Position numbers and translations under genes: made by a program
Notes under the pieces: generated by a model
Databases searched by the model: none
Seen by the model: the letters and a program-made list of their open reading frames with translations, nothing else
Told to the model about the DNA's origin: nothing
NCBI GenBank assembly: GCA_002269645.1
Contig: NIVC01003300.1
Coordinates: 1 to 64,000 of the forward strand
Length of the DNA: 64,000 nucleotides
Source of the DNA: Macrostomum lignano
Lineage: Eukaryota
Reading direction: 5' to 3'
Part shown: positions 50,628-63,259 of the stretch, piece after piece
How the letters are laid out: each line of letters opens with the position of its first letter
How positions within the stretch are numbered: the stretch's first letter is position 1

Positions 50628-51655
50628 GGGATTTTGGGAAGCGGAGGGTAAGGGTGAGGGATCTGGGAAGCGGAGGGTAAGGATGAGGGATCTGGGAAGC
50701 GGAGGGTAAGGATGAGGGATCTGGGAAGCGGAGGGTAAGGATGAGGGATCTGGGAAGCGGAGGGTAAGGATGAGGGATCTGGGAAGCGGAGGGTAAGGAT
50801 GAGGGATCTGGGAAGCGGAGGGTAAGGATGAGGGATCTGGGAAGCGGAGGGTAAGGATGAGGGATCTGGGAAGCGGAGGGTAAGGATGAGGGATCTGGGA
50901 AGCGGAGGGTAAGGATGAGGGATCTGGGAAGCGGAGGGTAAGGATGAGGGATCTGGGAAGCGGAGGGTAAGGATGAGGGATCTGGGAAGCGGAGGGTAAG
51001 GATGAGGGATCTGGGAAGCGGAGGGTAAGGATGAGGGATCTGGGAATAAGAGGTTAGCAGCGGGCTAAGGATGAGGGATCTGGGAATAAGAGGTTGGCAG
51101 CGGGCTAAGGATGAGGGATCTGGGAATAAGAGGTTGGCAGCGGGCTAAGGATGAGGGATCTGGGAAGCGGAGGTTAGCAGCGGGCTAAGGATGAGGGATC
51201 TGGGAATAAGAGGTTGGCAGCGGGCTAAGGATGAGGGATCTGGGAAGCGGAGGTTGGCAGCGGGCTAAGGATGAGGGATCCGGGAATAAGAGGTTAGCAG
51301 CGGGCTAAGGATGAGGGATCCGGGAATAAGAGGTTAGCAGCGGGCTAAGGATGAGGGATCTGGGAATAAGAGGTTAGCAGCGGGCTAAGGATGAGGGATC
51401 CGGGAATAAGAGGTTAGCAGCGGGCTAAGGATGAGGGATCTGGGAATAAGAGGTTAGCAGTGGGCTAAGGATGAGGGATCCGGGAATGAGATGTTAGCAG
51501 TGGGCTAAGGATGAGGGATCCGGGAATGAGATGTTAGCAGTGGGCTAAGGATGAGGGATCTGGGAATAAGAGGTTAGCAGCGGGCTAAGGATGAGGGATC
51601 CGGGAATAAGAGGTTAGCAGCGGGCTAAGGATGAGGGATCTGGGAAGAAGAGGTA
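50628..51655. repeat. G-rich bipartite minisatellite: 29-bp units then 40-bp units
   Basis: GATGAGGGATCTGGGAAGCGGAGGGTAAG about 14 times, then GATGAGGGATCTGGGAATAAGAGGTTAGCAGCGGGCTAAG about 15 times from 51030. Confidence 0.95.
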
Positions 51656-52359
51656 CGCTCGTAGCTTCGCTAAAACGACAATTAGCAATCTGTAACGAAG
51701 TTAAAGTTCTGATCTTAAGTATATACACGAATAAATCCTAAAACTTGTGCAGCACACAAAGCTTTATTTACTGTACATCATATGTATATCATTTCCCAGT
51801 GGCTATGCGTCTGTCATAAAAACTTATTTTCTATACCAAAAGCCACCTTCATAGCATTAGAAAATACGATCGCGTACGAGTACTTTTTAGTGGCTCAGTC
51901 AGCTGGCTCTCTGAGCTTGGGCGCCAAGAATTAGCTATACTGTTCCTACCCAAAAATATTCGCTTCTTACAGACTTACAGCACTACATTCCCAAATTCTT
52001 CTCATTATAATTATGTGAGCGTATGCAGTGTCTGCAGCTATCCTGCACTCCGTTTACTGTATTGAATAGACATTCCGTTTTAATGGCAATTTTTGCTACA
52101 CGATTCAAGTTGCTGATACTTTTTGTATTAAATATAACGAAAAGGGAGATGATTTTATCAAAGAATCCAGCCATTGCAGCCAGGAATGATTTACTGACAA
52201 TATTTTGTCTGTATCATCTCTACTTGTTAGTTTTTTGCTATTTTAAGATGCATTTATAGTTAATTCTTTATTAAGTGGTTGAGTAAGCTATATGTACGTA
52301 AATTCATCAAGAATTAGACAACTTTTTTGCGTCGACGGACTTCTCTAAGTTTTCTACAC

Positions 52360-53790
52360 AAGTATACAACAAAAAATACACGGTCAGCGTCACAGGGTTC
52401 GCCTCAGGGCCAGGTCGCGAACGAACACCACGCCGCCGGCCGAATCCGGGGCGCCGTCGTTAGTGAACTAGTCGACGAAACGCCGAGTGCGCGCCTGTCC
52501 CCGCCGGTAGGGTGCTTGCCGCATCAGCAGCACCTGCACTGGCTGTGGGCAGGTTACTTAGACAGACCAGGCCGGCGCGGTGATACAAAGCCGCGTTGGT
52601 CACTCGCTCGTATCCGATCTTGAAGGCGGCGCCCAGCAGGCCAGCGTGCGCCGCGTCAACTTGTTGCTCGAGCGACTCCGTCAGCGTCCAGGTCTCGGCG
52701 TTGTACAGCAGGACGGTCTCGGCCACCGCCTGGAAAAACGCCGCCCTCTAGCGGTCAGGTACGGCCTTGGACTGCAGGACTGTCCTCACAGAGCGAAGAC
52801 AGCCCAGGCAAGCCCGTGGCGACGCCGCAAATCCTCGCGGACGCCGGGATCCAGACCGCCGAGGTAGACGAACTGCTGACAACGCGGAAGCTCTGTCGCC
52901 TTTCCATCAGCACAAAATTGCACGCCGGCACATCTGGCGCGCAGAGTACGACGGTTTTCTGCGTGTTGACCACGAGGCCGACACTCGCCGCAACATCAAA
53001 TGTAGTTTTTTGCAGTTGTCGCTGGGCGCATTCGACAGTTGAGGACAGCAGAGGGCGAGATCGTCGACATATAGCCAACCATGCTGAGCCGCCTCTCCGG
53101 TTGACGTCTACCCACGCGTCACCGCAACAGAAAGCCGGCGTCGGTCAAGCACCAGAACTAACAGGAACGGCGCGAACGTATCTCTTTGAAGCAACCCGGA
53201 GGACGTCTCAAAGAAGTCTGATAGGCCGTCCGGTGTTGGAACAGCAGCTTGCGTATCGTGGTACATCGCCATGATAGCGGAGATACGCCGCTCTTTGGCA
53301 CGTTGTACGCTCGGAGCTCCTTTAGGAGCACAGAACTGACGACCGAGTCGAATGCCTTCTTGAAATATATGAAGATGAAAATCAGGATCGATTGGCGTAC
53401 CCGTGCCTCCTCCATGACTCGGCGAAGAGCTGGGATCTACGTCACTGTGCTGCGATGGGACGATGAGTTCTTCTCAGGACGCAAGTACGGATCCAGCACC
53501 GTTGCTACAACCCCGTTACCAGCAGCATCGAGTTGAATAACTTCGCAGCGCAGGAGTGAAGGCAGATGCCTCGATACTTCTCAAGCTTTATGGTGCCCGG
53601 CAATTCTTAGGAATTGCGACGATGTACGTCGTGGTCCATTCTTTGGGTGCTCCTCACCGAAGAGCACGCGATTCATCACTCTGCATGGCGACCTCCCTCA
53701 AGCTGGCCACACAATGATGCGCAGCCCCTCGATGGGCATGGGCACTGCACCTCGTCCGGACCCAGCACTTTCCCGCCTGGTGGCTGGTGA
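52360..53790 (-). mobile_element. Degenerate RTE-type LINE (reverse transcriptase remnant)
   Basis: Frameshifted fragments IYFKKAFDSV, GLVVNTQKT, ETVLLYNAETWTLT..; ends RRGQARTRRFVD*..VRDLALRRTL* at 52390. Confidence 0.88.
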
Positions 53791-56782
53791 CATCAAGCAT
53801 GTGTGTATGTATACAGTAGTGCATTATCATTTACATTTATAAGAGTGATCTACATATTTAACTGAATAAAATTTGAGCTTAGTGCAACATGACCTATAAA
53901 TGCATCATTCACATGAATGTTTCATTCACATGACTCATTGAATAGTTTGCTCTAACATCTTACTTGATTGCACAGTCAGTGTTCAGTGTAACGTCCCAAT
54001 CTTAGCTGACGATTGAGTGATGTTACATATCGTGCATCGCGCTTTGCCTATAATGCGAGTAGTGAGTGAAGACGCAGTCGTCCCCAAATTAATTGAATCT
54101 ATCTTAAAACACAAGAGAGAGTGAGTAATGTACATGTACCAGTTAATGTACTAGTTGTGGGACGATGGAGCCAGTAAGTAGTATAGAAAAAAAGGCGAGC
54201 GAAGCGAGAATTTTTTTCTATACTGCTTACTTTTGCGAAATCGTCCCTGATAAGATGTAACGTGGTTGCACACACTAAAAATGACGTTTTTCAACTTTGA
54301 AACGCTGCCAATAGAAAACGATACGACCGATTTACAAACAGTTTTTGCCAAAATGTGTCAAAGACCTAGCGCTATCGGATGCACAATAGTTGGTTGCCAT
54401 GGCAACGCGTTTTGGTTGCCATGGCAACCAAAAACTGCGTTTTTTCAACTTTTTCAAAAAATTTGATCTCAATTACAGCGGCAGGAAATTATGGCAGCGC
54501 TTAGTGAGTGTGCTCAATAGACGCGGGCATTTGAACGCTACAATGATCAGAAATGGATTTTTTGATTGTATTTTCACTTTACAGGTAAAAGTACAAAAAA
54601 CGTGTTTTTTGAGGTCGAAAAATTGGCATTTTTTTCAACTTTGCCTCACCGCAGCGAAAAGGACGCGCGATAGCGCGGCCTTTGAGCTGCCTCCTAGCGT
54701 TGACAACACTTTGGGCTGTTTGATGCGCTATAGTTTTTAGGGCTAAAATGTACTTTTCACATGGCTGCCTATCTGCTGTTTAAAAGTACAAATTTTTAGT
54801 GCACTTTTGTGAGGCCTATGGCGTCGAGATGGAAAACTTTATTTTTGCTGTTTTGTATACCAAATAACTCAAATGGATGTCTTTTAATCGGAAACATCGA
54901 GATTTGGCCGATTGGGCCATCAATAACCTGCCCAGGTGCCAAAGAGTGCCTAAAAACGACATTTTCGAAAAATTGGGTCACGTTTTTAAAAAGTAGTCCC
55001 AAAAAATAAGAAAGTGTTTTATGTTACGGTGTTGAGACTTTAACACAACGTGTCAAACATATGGAAATTTGTTTTCCTGAATTTTCTAAGCATTTGGACC
55101 TACCTGTGCGGAGCAGTGACCCGGAAACCAGGGAAAAAAGAGGCCGGGGGCTCTGCAGAAAATCAGACGTTGTTAAGAAAAATTTTTTAAAATGGGGCGA
55201 ATTTTTTTGAGTGTAGTGTCAGATTGTAGCCTATCGGAAGCCCGTTTGAACGACGTACGACACTCTGGAAAAAACCCCTGTTAACAGGTACTTTTTACCT
55301 GTTAATTGAAAAACGGCCCATTTTGGGGTACAAACTTTGGAGTCGAAAAATAAGAAATTTTGCGCACCGATTTTTCTGCATTTTCAATATTGTTTAGTCG
55401 AATAGCTAAAGTTTCACCGGTCATACGCCAATATGGCTGGAAAATTCGTATTTTTGAGCAAACTGCATCTGATTTTTAAAAATGCAATTTTTCGGTCAAT
55501 TTTTTGTACACGTTTTTCAACCTTGCCCGTACTGCAGCGAAAAGGACGCGCAATAGCGCGGCTTTTGAGCTGCTGCCTAATGTCAACAACACCTGGGGCT
55601 TTTAGATGCGCTATAATATTTTGGGCTAAAATGTACTTTTGACATGGCTGCCTATCTGCACTTTAAAAGTACAAACCGTTTGTGCACTTTAAAGAGGCTT
55701 ATCCTATACAGATGCAAATCTTGATTTTTTCAATTTTTCAACCCAAATCACTCAAATGGATGTCTTTTATTCGGAAATGCTGAGATCTGCTTGATTGGGC
55801 CATTCATTGCTGCTCTATATGGCTACAAGGGTCAAAAACAGTGTTTTTGAAAATTTGGGTCACGTTTTCAAAAAGTAGTCTCCAAAAATAAGAAAGTGTT
55901 TTTAGCTACGGTGTTGAGATTTTAACAAAACGTGTCAAACATATGGAAATTTGTTTTCCTAAATTTTCTAAGCATTTGGAGCTACCTGTGCGGAGCAGTG
56001 ACCCGGAAACCCGGGAAAAAAGAGGCCGGGGGACTCGACCAAAAAAGCATATGTTGTTAAAGAAAAATTTTTATTACTGGGCGAATTTTTTCAAGTGTGG
56101 TGTCAAATCGTAGCCCATCGGATGCCCGTTCGAATGGCGCAAGACACTCTGAAAAAAATACCTGTTAACAGGTACTTTTTACCTGTTAATTGAAAAACGG
56201 CCCTTTTGGGGTACAAACTTTGAAGTCGAAAAATAAGAAATTTTGCGCACCGATTTTTCTGCATTTTCAATATTGTTTAGTCGAATAGCTGAAGTTACAC
56301 CGGTCATACGCCAATATGGCTGGAAAATTCGTATTTTTGAGAAAATTGGCTCCGAATTTTGAGTAGGCCATTTTTGGGCAAATTTTGAGCATACTTTTGC
56401 TAATAACTCTGCATTGGCGAGACCTAGAGACTCAAGTTTGGTGTCTAAAAACAGCACTATGGATGCATTATGCAGCTAAATCAGTTTTGAAAACTGATTC
56501 TTAGGTTAACAGGTCTTAATACCTGTTTGATTACCTGTCAGAACAGGTGAAAATTAATATTTTGGCGCCTAGCAGCCGAAAAATTTGTTGACATAATTTG
56601 AAAATGCATTGGATGAATGCGCCTTAATGTTATCTCTGTAACGACATGTGACTCGTATTTTTAGGTAGAAGCGTTGCGATGCAACGAGCAGAAATGTATG
56701 AAAAAGCAGCAAAAATGGTAGAAATGGCTGCTATTAGCGATATTCGATATAAAATACGTGTACTATAGGCCAACTAAGTAAG

Positions 56783-56865
56783 CAATTAGTGGCTCAGTGG
56801 CAGAGTTAGTTTCCATATAATTGAGTGCTGCAGGGTTCGATTCCCAAGAGATCCGAAAATTTTTT
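56783..56865 (+). promoter_or_regulatory. tRNA-derived Pol III A/B-box cassette inside element A
   Basis: TGGCTCAGTGG (56790) and GGTTCGATTCC (56834) are 44 nt apart as in tRNA, followed by a T-run. The acceptor stem does not pair, so it is not a functional tRNA. Confidence 0.55.
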
Positions 56866-57174
56866 AGTTTAAAGTTCTTTTAGAGCAAACAGATTTTTAG
56901 TATTTTTATTTCTCCAACTATTATGTTTTTTATACAAGTAAATTACATTTATTTAAATTTATTTTTCTTTTTATACGTATTTAAAGAGTAACAGTGAATC
57001 TTTTAGTGCGGCACGTATGATTGTTAGTGCAAAAAGTATATTACGATACATGTCGGCAAGCAAGTATTTGATGTCTGGTCGTTTGAAGGCTAGAATATAG
57101 TTGTAACATATTACAAAGACGTGTTTAGATGTGGGAAAAGTTCTCGAGGGGTGGTGGAGCGGTGGGGGAGCCAG

Positions 57175-58025
57175 CCCCCCTTTACCACTAGACTAACTAA
57201 TGCCAGGGGCGTGGGGGGCGGCCAGCCCCCCACTATACCACTAGACTAACTAATGCCAGGGGCGTGGGGGGCGGCCAGCCCCCCACTATACCACTAGACT
57301 AATAAATGCCAGGGGCGCGGGGGGCGGCCAGCCCCCCACTATACCACTAGACTAATAAATGCCAGGGGCGTGGGGGGCGGCCAGCCCCCCACTATACCAC
57401 TAGACTAACTAATGCCAGGGGCGTGGGGGCGGCCAGCCCCCTACTATACCACTAGACTAACTAATGCCAGGGGCGTGGGGGGCGGCCAGCCCCCCACTAT
57501 ACCACTATACCACTAGACTAACTAATGCCAGGGGCGTGGGGGGCGGCTAGCCCCCACTATACCACTATACCACTAGACTAACTAATGCCAGGGGCGTGGG
57601 GGCGGCCAGCCCCCACTATACCACTAGACTAACTAATGCCAGGGGCGTGGGGGCGGCCAGCCCCCTACTATACCACTAGACTAACTAATGCCAGGGGCGT
57701 GGGGGCGGCCAGCCCCCCACTATACCACTATACCACTAGACTAACTAATGCCAGGGGCGTGGGGGCGGCCAGCCCCCACTATACCACTAGACTAACTAAT
57801 GCCAGGGGCGTGGGGGGCGGCCAGCCCCCACTATACCACTAGACTAACTAATGCCAGGGGCGTGGGGGCGGCCAGCCCCCACTATACCACTAGACTAACT
57901 AATGCCAGGGGCGTGGGGGCGGCCAGCCCCCACTATACCACTAGACTAACTAATGCCAGGGGCGTGGGGGGCGGCCAGCCCCCCACTATACCACTAGACT
58001 AACTAATGCCAGGGGCGTGGGGGGG
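57175..58025. repeat. GC-rich hairpin minisatellite (about 52-53 bp) in element A
   Basis: Unit ACTAGACTAACTAATGCCAGGGGCGTGGGGGGCGGCCAGCCCCCCACTATACC, about 16 copies. Confidence 0.95.
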
Positions 58026-59882
58026 GCTTTTTAGCTCTCAATTTAGGTTAAATAAATAGATGTCATAGCCATAAACAATAATAAGCAAATAATAAACCAT
58101 CGTCCCACCTTTGAAGACGACAGCGTCTTCATTCACTAGTTGTGGGACGATGAGCCAGTAAGTAGTATAGAAAAAAATGCGAGCGAAGCGAGAATTTTTT
58201 TCTATACTGCTTACTTTTGCGAAATCGTCCCTGATAAGATGTAACGTGGTTGCACACACTAAAAATGACGTTTTTCAACTTTTAAACGCTGCCAATAAAA
58301 AACGGTACAACCGATTTACAAACAGTTTTTGCCAAAATGTGTCAAAGACCTAGCGCTATCGGATGCACAATAGTTGGTTGCTATGGCAACGCGTTTTGGT
58401 TGCCATGGCAACCAAAAACTGCGTTTTTTCGACTTTGTCAAAAACTTTGATCTCAAAAAATAAGGATTGAGAATATGGCAGCGCTTAGCGAGTGGGCTCA
58501 GTAAACGCGGGCATTCAAACGCTACAATGATCAGAAATGGATTTTTTGATTGTACTTTAACTTTTAGGGTAAAAGTGCAAAAAACGTGTTTTCTGAGGTC
58601 GAAAAATCGGCATTTTTTTCAACTTTGCCTCACCGCAGCGAAAAGGACGCGCGATAGCGCGGCCTTTGAGCTGCCTCATAGCGTCAATAACACCTGGGGC
58701 TGTTTGATGCGCTATAGTTTTTAGGGCTAAAATGTACTTTTCACATGGCTGCCTATCTGCTGTTTAAAAGTACAAATTTTTAGTGCACTTTTGTGAGGCC
58801 TATGGCGTCGAGATGGAAAACTTTATTTTTGCTGTTTTGTATACCAAATAACTCAAATGGATGTCTTTTAATCGGAAACATCGAGATTTGGCCGATTGGG
58901 CCATCAATAACCTGCCCAGGTGCCAAAGAGTGCCTAAAAACGACATTTTCGAAAAATTGGGTCACGTTTTAAAAAAGTAGTCCTCAAACTTGAAAAAGTG
59001 TTTTATGCTACAGTGTTGCGACTTTAACACGACGTGTCAAACATATGGAAATTTGTTTTCCTAAATTTTCTAAGCATTTGGACCTACCTGTGCTGAGCAG
59101 TGACCCGGAAACCAGGGAAAAAAGAGGCCGGGGGGCACTGCAGAAAATCAGACGTTGTTAAGGAAATTTTTTTAAAATGGGGCAAAGTTTTTCGAGTATG
59201 GCGTCAAATTGTAGCCTATCGGATGCCCTTTTGAATGACATAAAACACTCCTGAAAAAACCTCTGTTAACAGGTACTTTTTACCTGTTAAGTGAAAAACG
59301 GCCCATTCGGGGTACAAACTTTGAAGTCGAAAAATAAGAATTTTTGCGCACCGATTTTTCTGCATTTTCAATATTGTTTAGTCGAATAGCTAAAGTTACA
59401 CCGGTCATACGCCAATATGGCTGGAAAATTCGTATTTTTGAGAAAATTGGCTCCGAATTTTTAGAAGGCTATTTTTGGGCAAATTTTGAGCATACTTTTG
59501 CTAATAACTCTGCATTGGCAAGGCCTAGAGACTCAATTTTGGTGTCTAAAAACAGCACTATGGATGCACTGTGCAACTAAATTAGTTTTGAAAACTGATT
59601 CTTAAGTTAATAGGTCTTAATACCTGTTTGAATACCTGTCAGAACAGGTGAAAATGCACAATTTGGCGCCTAGGAGGCGTAAAATTTGTTGACATACTTT
59701 AAAAATGCATTAGATGAATGCGCCTTGATGTTATCTCTGTAACGACATGCAACTCGCATTTTTAGATGAAGGCGCTGCGATGCAGCGAGCAGAAATGTAT
59801 GAAAAAGCAGCAAAAATCGTAAAAGTGGCTACCATAGGGAATATTCGATATAAAGGGCGTGCACTGTAGAGCTTCGCTTAAG

Positions 59883-59970
59883 CAAGAGATGGATCGGGGC
59901 CGAAGGCAGTTGCTTTGTAAATGGCCTAAACACGGGTTCGAATTCCAAGTGGGCCAAGTTTTTTTTTTAA
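59883..59970 (+). promoter_or_regulatory. Diverged Pol III-like A/B-box cassette inside element B
   Basis: GGTTCGAATTCC at 59935, 45 nt after a degenerate A box at 59890; poly-T follows; syntenic with the copy A cassette. Confidence 0.4.
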
Positions 59971-60329
59971 ATTTAATTTTTTTAGCAGGAACGGATTTAT
60001 TAGTATTTTCAATTCTCTTTCACTTGAATATAATTTAATATTGATTGTTTAATTTTCATTTCCTTCTATACCTTATTAAAGAGTAAGAGTGAAGCTGAAA
60101 GTGCGGCACAGATGATTTGTTAGTGCAGAAAAAATATTACGATACATATCGGCAAGTATCATGTGTTGCGCGGTCGCCAAAGGCTTACAAGCAGTTTTAG
60201 CATGCTAAAAAGATGTGTTAGAGGTGAGAAGAGTTGCGGAGGGGTGGGGTGGGGGAGCGGGGGTGTGGGGGCGGCAGCCCCCACGTTACGCAAACCCCAC
60301 AACAACAACCACCCTCCCCAACAACAACG

Positions 60330-62110
60330 CGCGGGAGGGGTGGGGGAGCGGGGGTGTGGGGGCGGCCAGCCCCCACTATACCACTAGAAAAACTAATGCC
60401 AGGGGCGTGGGGGGCGGCCAGCCCCCCACTATACCACTAGACTAACTAATGCCAGGGGCGTGGGGGCGGCTAGCCCCCCACTATACCACTATACCACTAG
60501 ACTAACTAATGCCAGGGGCGTGGGGGCGGCCAGCCCCCACTATACCACTAGAAAAACTAATGCCAGGGGCGTGGGGGCGGCTAGCCCCCTACTATACCAC
60601 AAGACTAACTAATGCCAGGGGCGTGGGGGCGGCCAGCCCCCCACTATACCACTAGACTAACTAATGCCAGGGGCGTGGGGGCGGCCAGCCCCCCACTATA
60701 CCACTAGACTAACTAATGCCAGGGGCGTGGGGGCGGCCAGCCCCCCACTATACCACTAGACTAACTAATGCCAGGGGCGTGGGGGGCGGCCAGCCCCCAC
60801 TATACCACTAGACTAACTAATGCCAGGGGCGTGGGGGCGGCAAGCCCCCCCCCCACTATACGAGCGTACCACTAGAAGAACTAATGCCAGGGGCGTGGGG
60901 GGCGGCTAGCCCCCACTATACCACTAGACTAACTAATGCCAGGGGTGTGGGGGCGGCCAGCCCCCACTATACCACTAGACTAACTAATGCCAGGGGCGTG
61001 GGGGGCGGCCAGCCCCCCACTATACCACTAGACTAACTAATGCCAGGGGCGTGGGGGGCGGCAAGCCCCCCACTATACGAGCGTACCACTAGACTAACTA
61101 ATGCCAGGGGCGTGGGGGGCGGCCAGCCCCCCACTATACCACTAGACTAACTAATGCCAGGGGCGTGGGGGGCGGCCAGCCCCCCCACTATACCACTAGA
61201 CTAACTAATGCCAGGGGCGTGGGGGGCGGCCAGCCCCCACTACACCACTAGACTAACTAATGCCAGGGGCGTGGGGGCGGCCAGCCCCCCACTATACCAC
61301 TAGACTAACTAATGCCAGGGGCGTGGGGGCGGCAAGCCCCCCCCCACTATACGAGCGTACCACTAGAAGAACTAATGCCAGGGGCGTGGGGGCGGCTAGC
61401 CCCCACTATACCACTAGACTAACTAATGCCAGGGGCGTGGGGGCGGCCAGCCCCCCACTATACCACTAGACTAACTAATGCCAGGGGCGTGGGGGGCGGC
61501 CAGCCCCCCACTATACCACTAGACTAACTAATGCCAGGGGCGTGGGGGCGGCCAGCCCCCACTATACCACTAGACTAACTAATGCCAGGAGCGTGGGGGC
61601 GGCCAGCCCCCCACTATACCACTAGACTAACTAATGCCAGGGGCGTGGGGGCGGCCAGCCCCCACTATACCACTAGACTAACTAATGCCAGGGGCGTGGG
61701 GGCGGCCAGCCCCCACTATACCACTAGACTAACTAATGCCAGGGGCGTGGGGGGCGGCCAGCCCCCCACTACACTACTAGACTAACTAATGCCAGGGGCG
61801 TGGGGGGCGGCCAGCCCCCACTATACCACTAGACTAACTAATGCCAGGGGCGTGGGGGCGGCCAGCCCCCACTATACCACTAGACTAACTAATGCCAGGG
61901 GCGTGGGGGGCGGCCAGCCCCCCACTATACCACTAGACTAACTAATGCCAGGGGCGTGGGGGGCGAGCCCCCCACTATACCACTAGACTAACTAATGCCA
62001 GGGGCGTGGGGGCGGCCAGCCCCCCACTATACCACTAGACTAACTAATGCCAGGGGCGTGGGGGCGGCCAGCCCCCCCACTAGACCACTAGACTAACTAA
62101 TGCCAGGGGC
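60330..62110. repeat. GC-rich hairpin minisatellite (about 52-53 bp) in element B
   Basis: Same unit as 57175-58025, about 34 copies. Confidence 0.95.
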
Positions 62111-63248
62111 ATATGTCATAGCCATAAAAGGATAAAAACACAATATATAAACCATCGTCCCACCTTTGAAGACGACAGCGTCTTCATTCACTAGTAAAGG
62201 TCGTTAGCAAGTTGCTGGCCCCGTGCTGTTGCTGTGGGAGTTTTGTTGAGTTTCTAAGACACACAGAACCACAGCTAATACGAGCTATAGAAGTAACAAC
62301 TTTTTAAATAGACTTTATCCTGTCTTTCTCAATCTCTGAAACTGAACCTATTTTATACTCAGAAATCCTTATGCTGAGCCAGGGTTCACTTATTCTTCAG
62401 AATCATCCTGTTCGCTTCGCAGTAAATATCTAAAATATCTGAAATCTAATCAATCAATATGCACATTACCCTAATGTATTCAGAGGTAATTTTACGTAAA
62501 CCATGGCGTTTTTTAAGCAATCATTCCAAGAAACCACTACTTAAATCCGTTTGTGGTAGGCCGATCTACCACTGGACTACTGGGGTGGACGGCGGCAGAT
62601 CTCCCGCGGGCGACGACAGGAGGACGACCGGACCCCAAGTGACGGACTGACGTCATTGTTTTCAACTATTGTTCCCTTGGTTGTTCCCCGGCTGTCCCCG
62701 CCTTTGTTCCCCCACCTGTTCCCTCTTTTGTTCCCTCTGTTGGCCCCGGTTGTTTTAGTGATTCCAGTGGGCGGGTTTTTCTCGTTTCCCATCGTTGTCC
62801 CTCCCCTTGTCCCATCCTCTGTCCCATCCCCGGGTTTTCCCATGTTAACTTATTATATATTGTGTGAAGTTCGGGCATATTTTTGCTCATGCCTCTGGCC
62901 TCTTGCCTCTTGCCTCTTTCCTTTTTCCGTTTCCGTTTTTTCGTTTAATATTTAGTGTGAGTTTGATCGTTTATTAGTTATTTAGTTTTGCTCTAACAGT
63001 TGCTCACCCTCGGCACCGCCGAATCAAGCTCGATCGTACGCAATTATAATAACAGTTTGTTTCTTTAATAATCGGTTAATATTAATAATAATAAGAAGCT
63101 CAGTTATATTAAATATTTATTCCGTCAAACTTAATCGAAGCCATTAGTTTTTATTGAGTTCTTTGCCCGCGGGGCGTAAAATAACCAATCAGTCTCAACT
63201 CAAAGAAAGCTCTGAGACCCTCAACGTTCCGTAAAACGACATTTACGG

Positions 63249-63259
63249 TGGTGGCAGCG
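63249..63259 (+). mobile_element. tRNA-Leu PBS-like motif, possibly after an LTR ending near 63241
   Basis: TGGTGGCAGCG lies 7 nt after ...AACGACA. The LTR start could not be defined. Confidence 0.3.

Larger units (their letters stand above)
54155..58139 (+). mobile_element. Non-autonomous Helentron/Helitron-like element, copy A
   Basis: 5' GTGGGACGATGG (54157-54168) is inverted to CCATCGTCCCAC (58097-58108). Hairpin TGAAGACG-ACAG-CGTCTTCA at 58112-58131; ends CTAG at 58136-58139. Internal duplication of about 880 bp (about 54630-56350). No Rep/helicase ORF seen. Confidence 0.8.
58140..62194 (+). mobile_element. Non-autonomous Helentron/Helitron-like element, copy B (head-to-tail with A)
   Basis: Starts TTGTGGGACGATG directly after copy A's CTAG; body is homologous to A with one copy of the internal unit. 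Same subterminal repeat, hairpin and CTAG end (62191-62194). Confidence 0.8.

Noticed and set aside
56783-56860. Functional tRNA gene
   Set aside because: The acceptor stem cannot pair and the anticodon arm is ambiguous; kept only as a tRNA-derived cassette.
54266-59580. 60-116-aa ORFs within the Helentron-like elements
   Set aside because: No HUH Rep or PIF1 helicase motifs; ORF boundaries are not preserved between copies.
62577-62955. G/T/N-rich and hydrophobic ORFs near the window end
   Set aside because: Derived from TGTTCCC-like low-complexity sequence.
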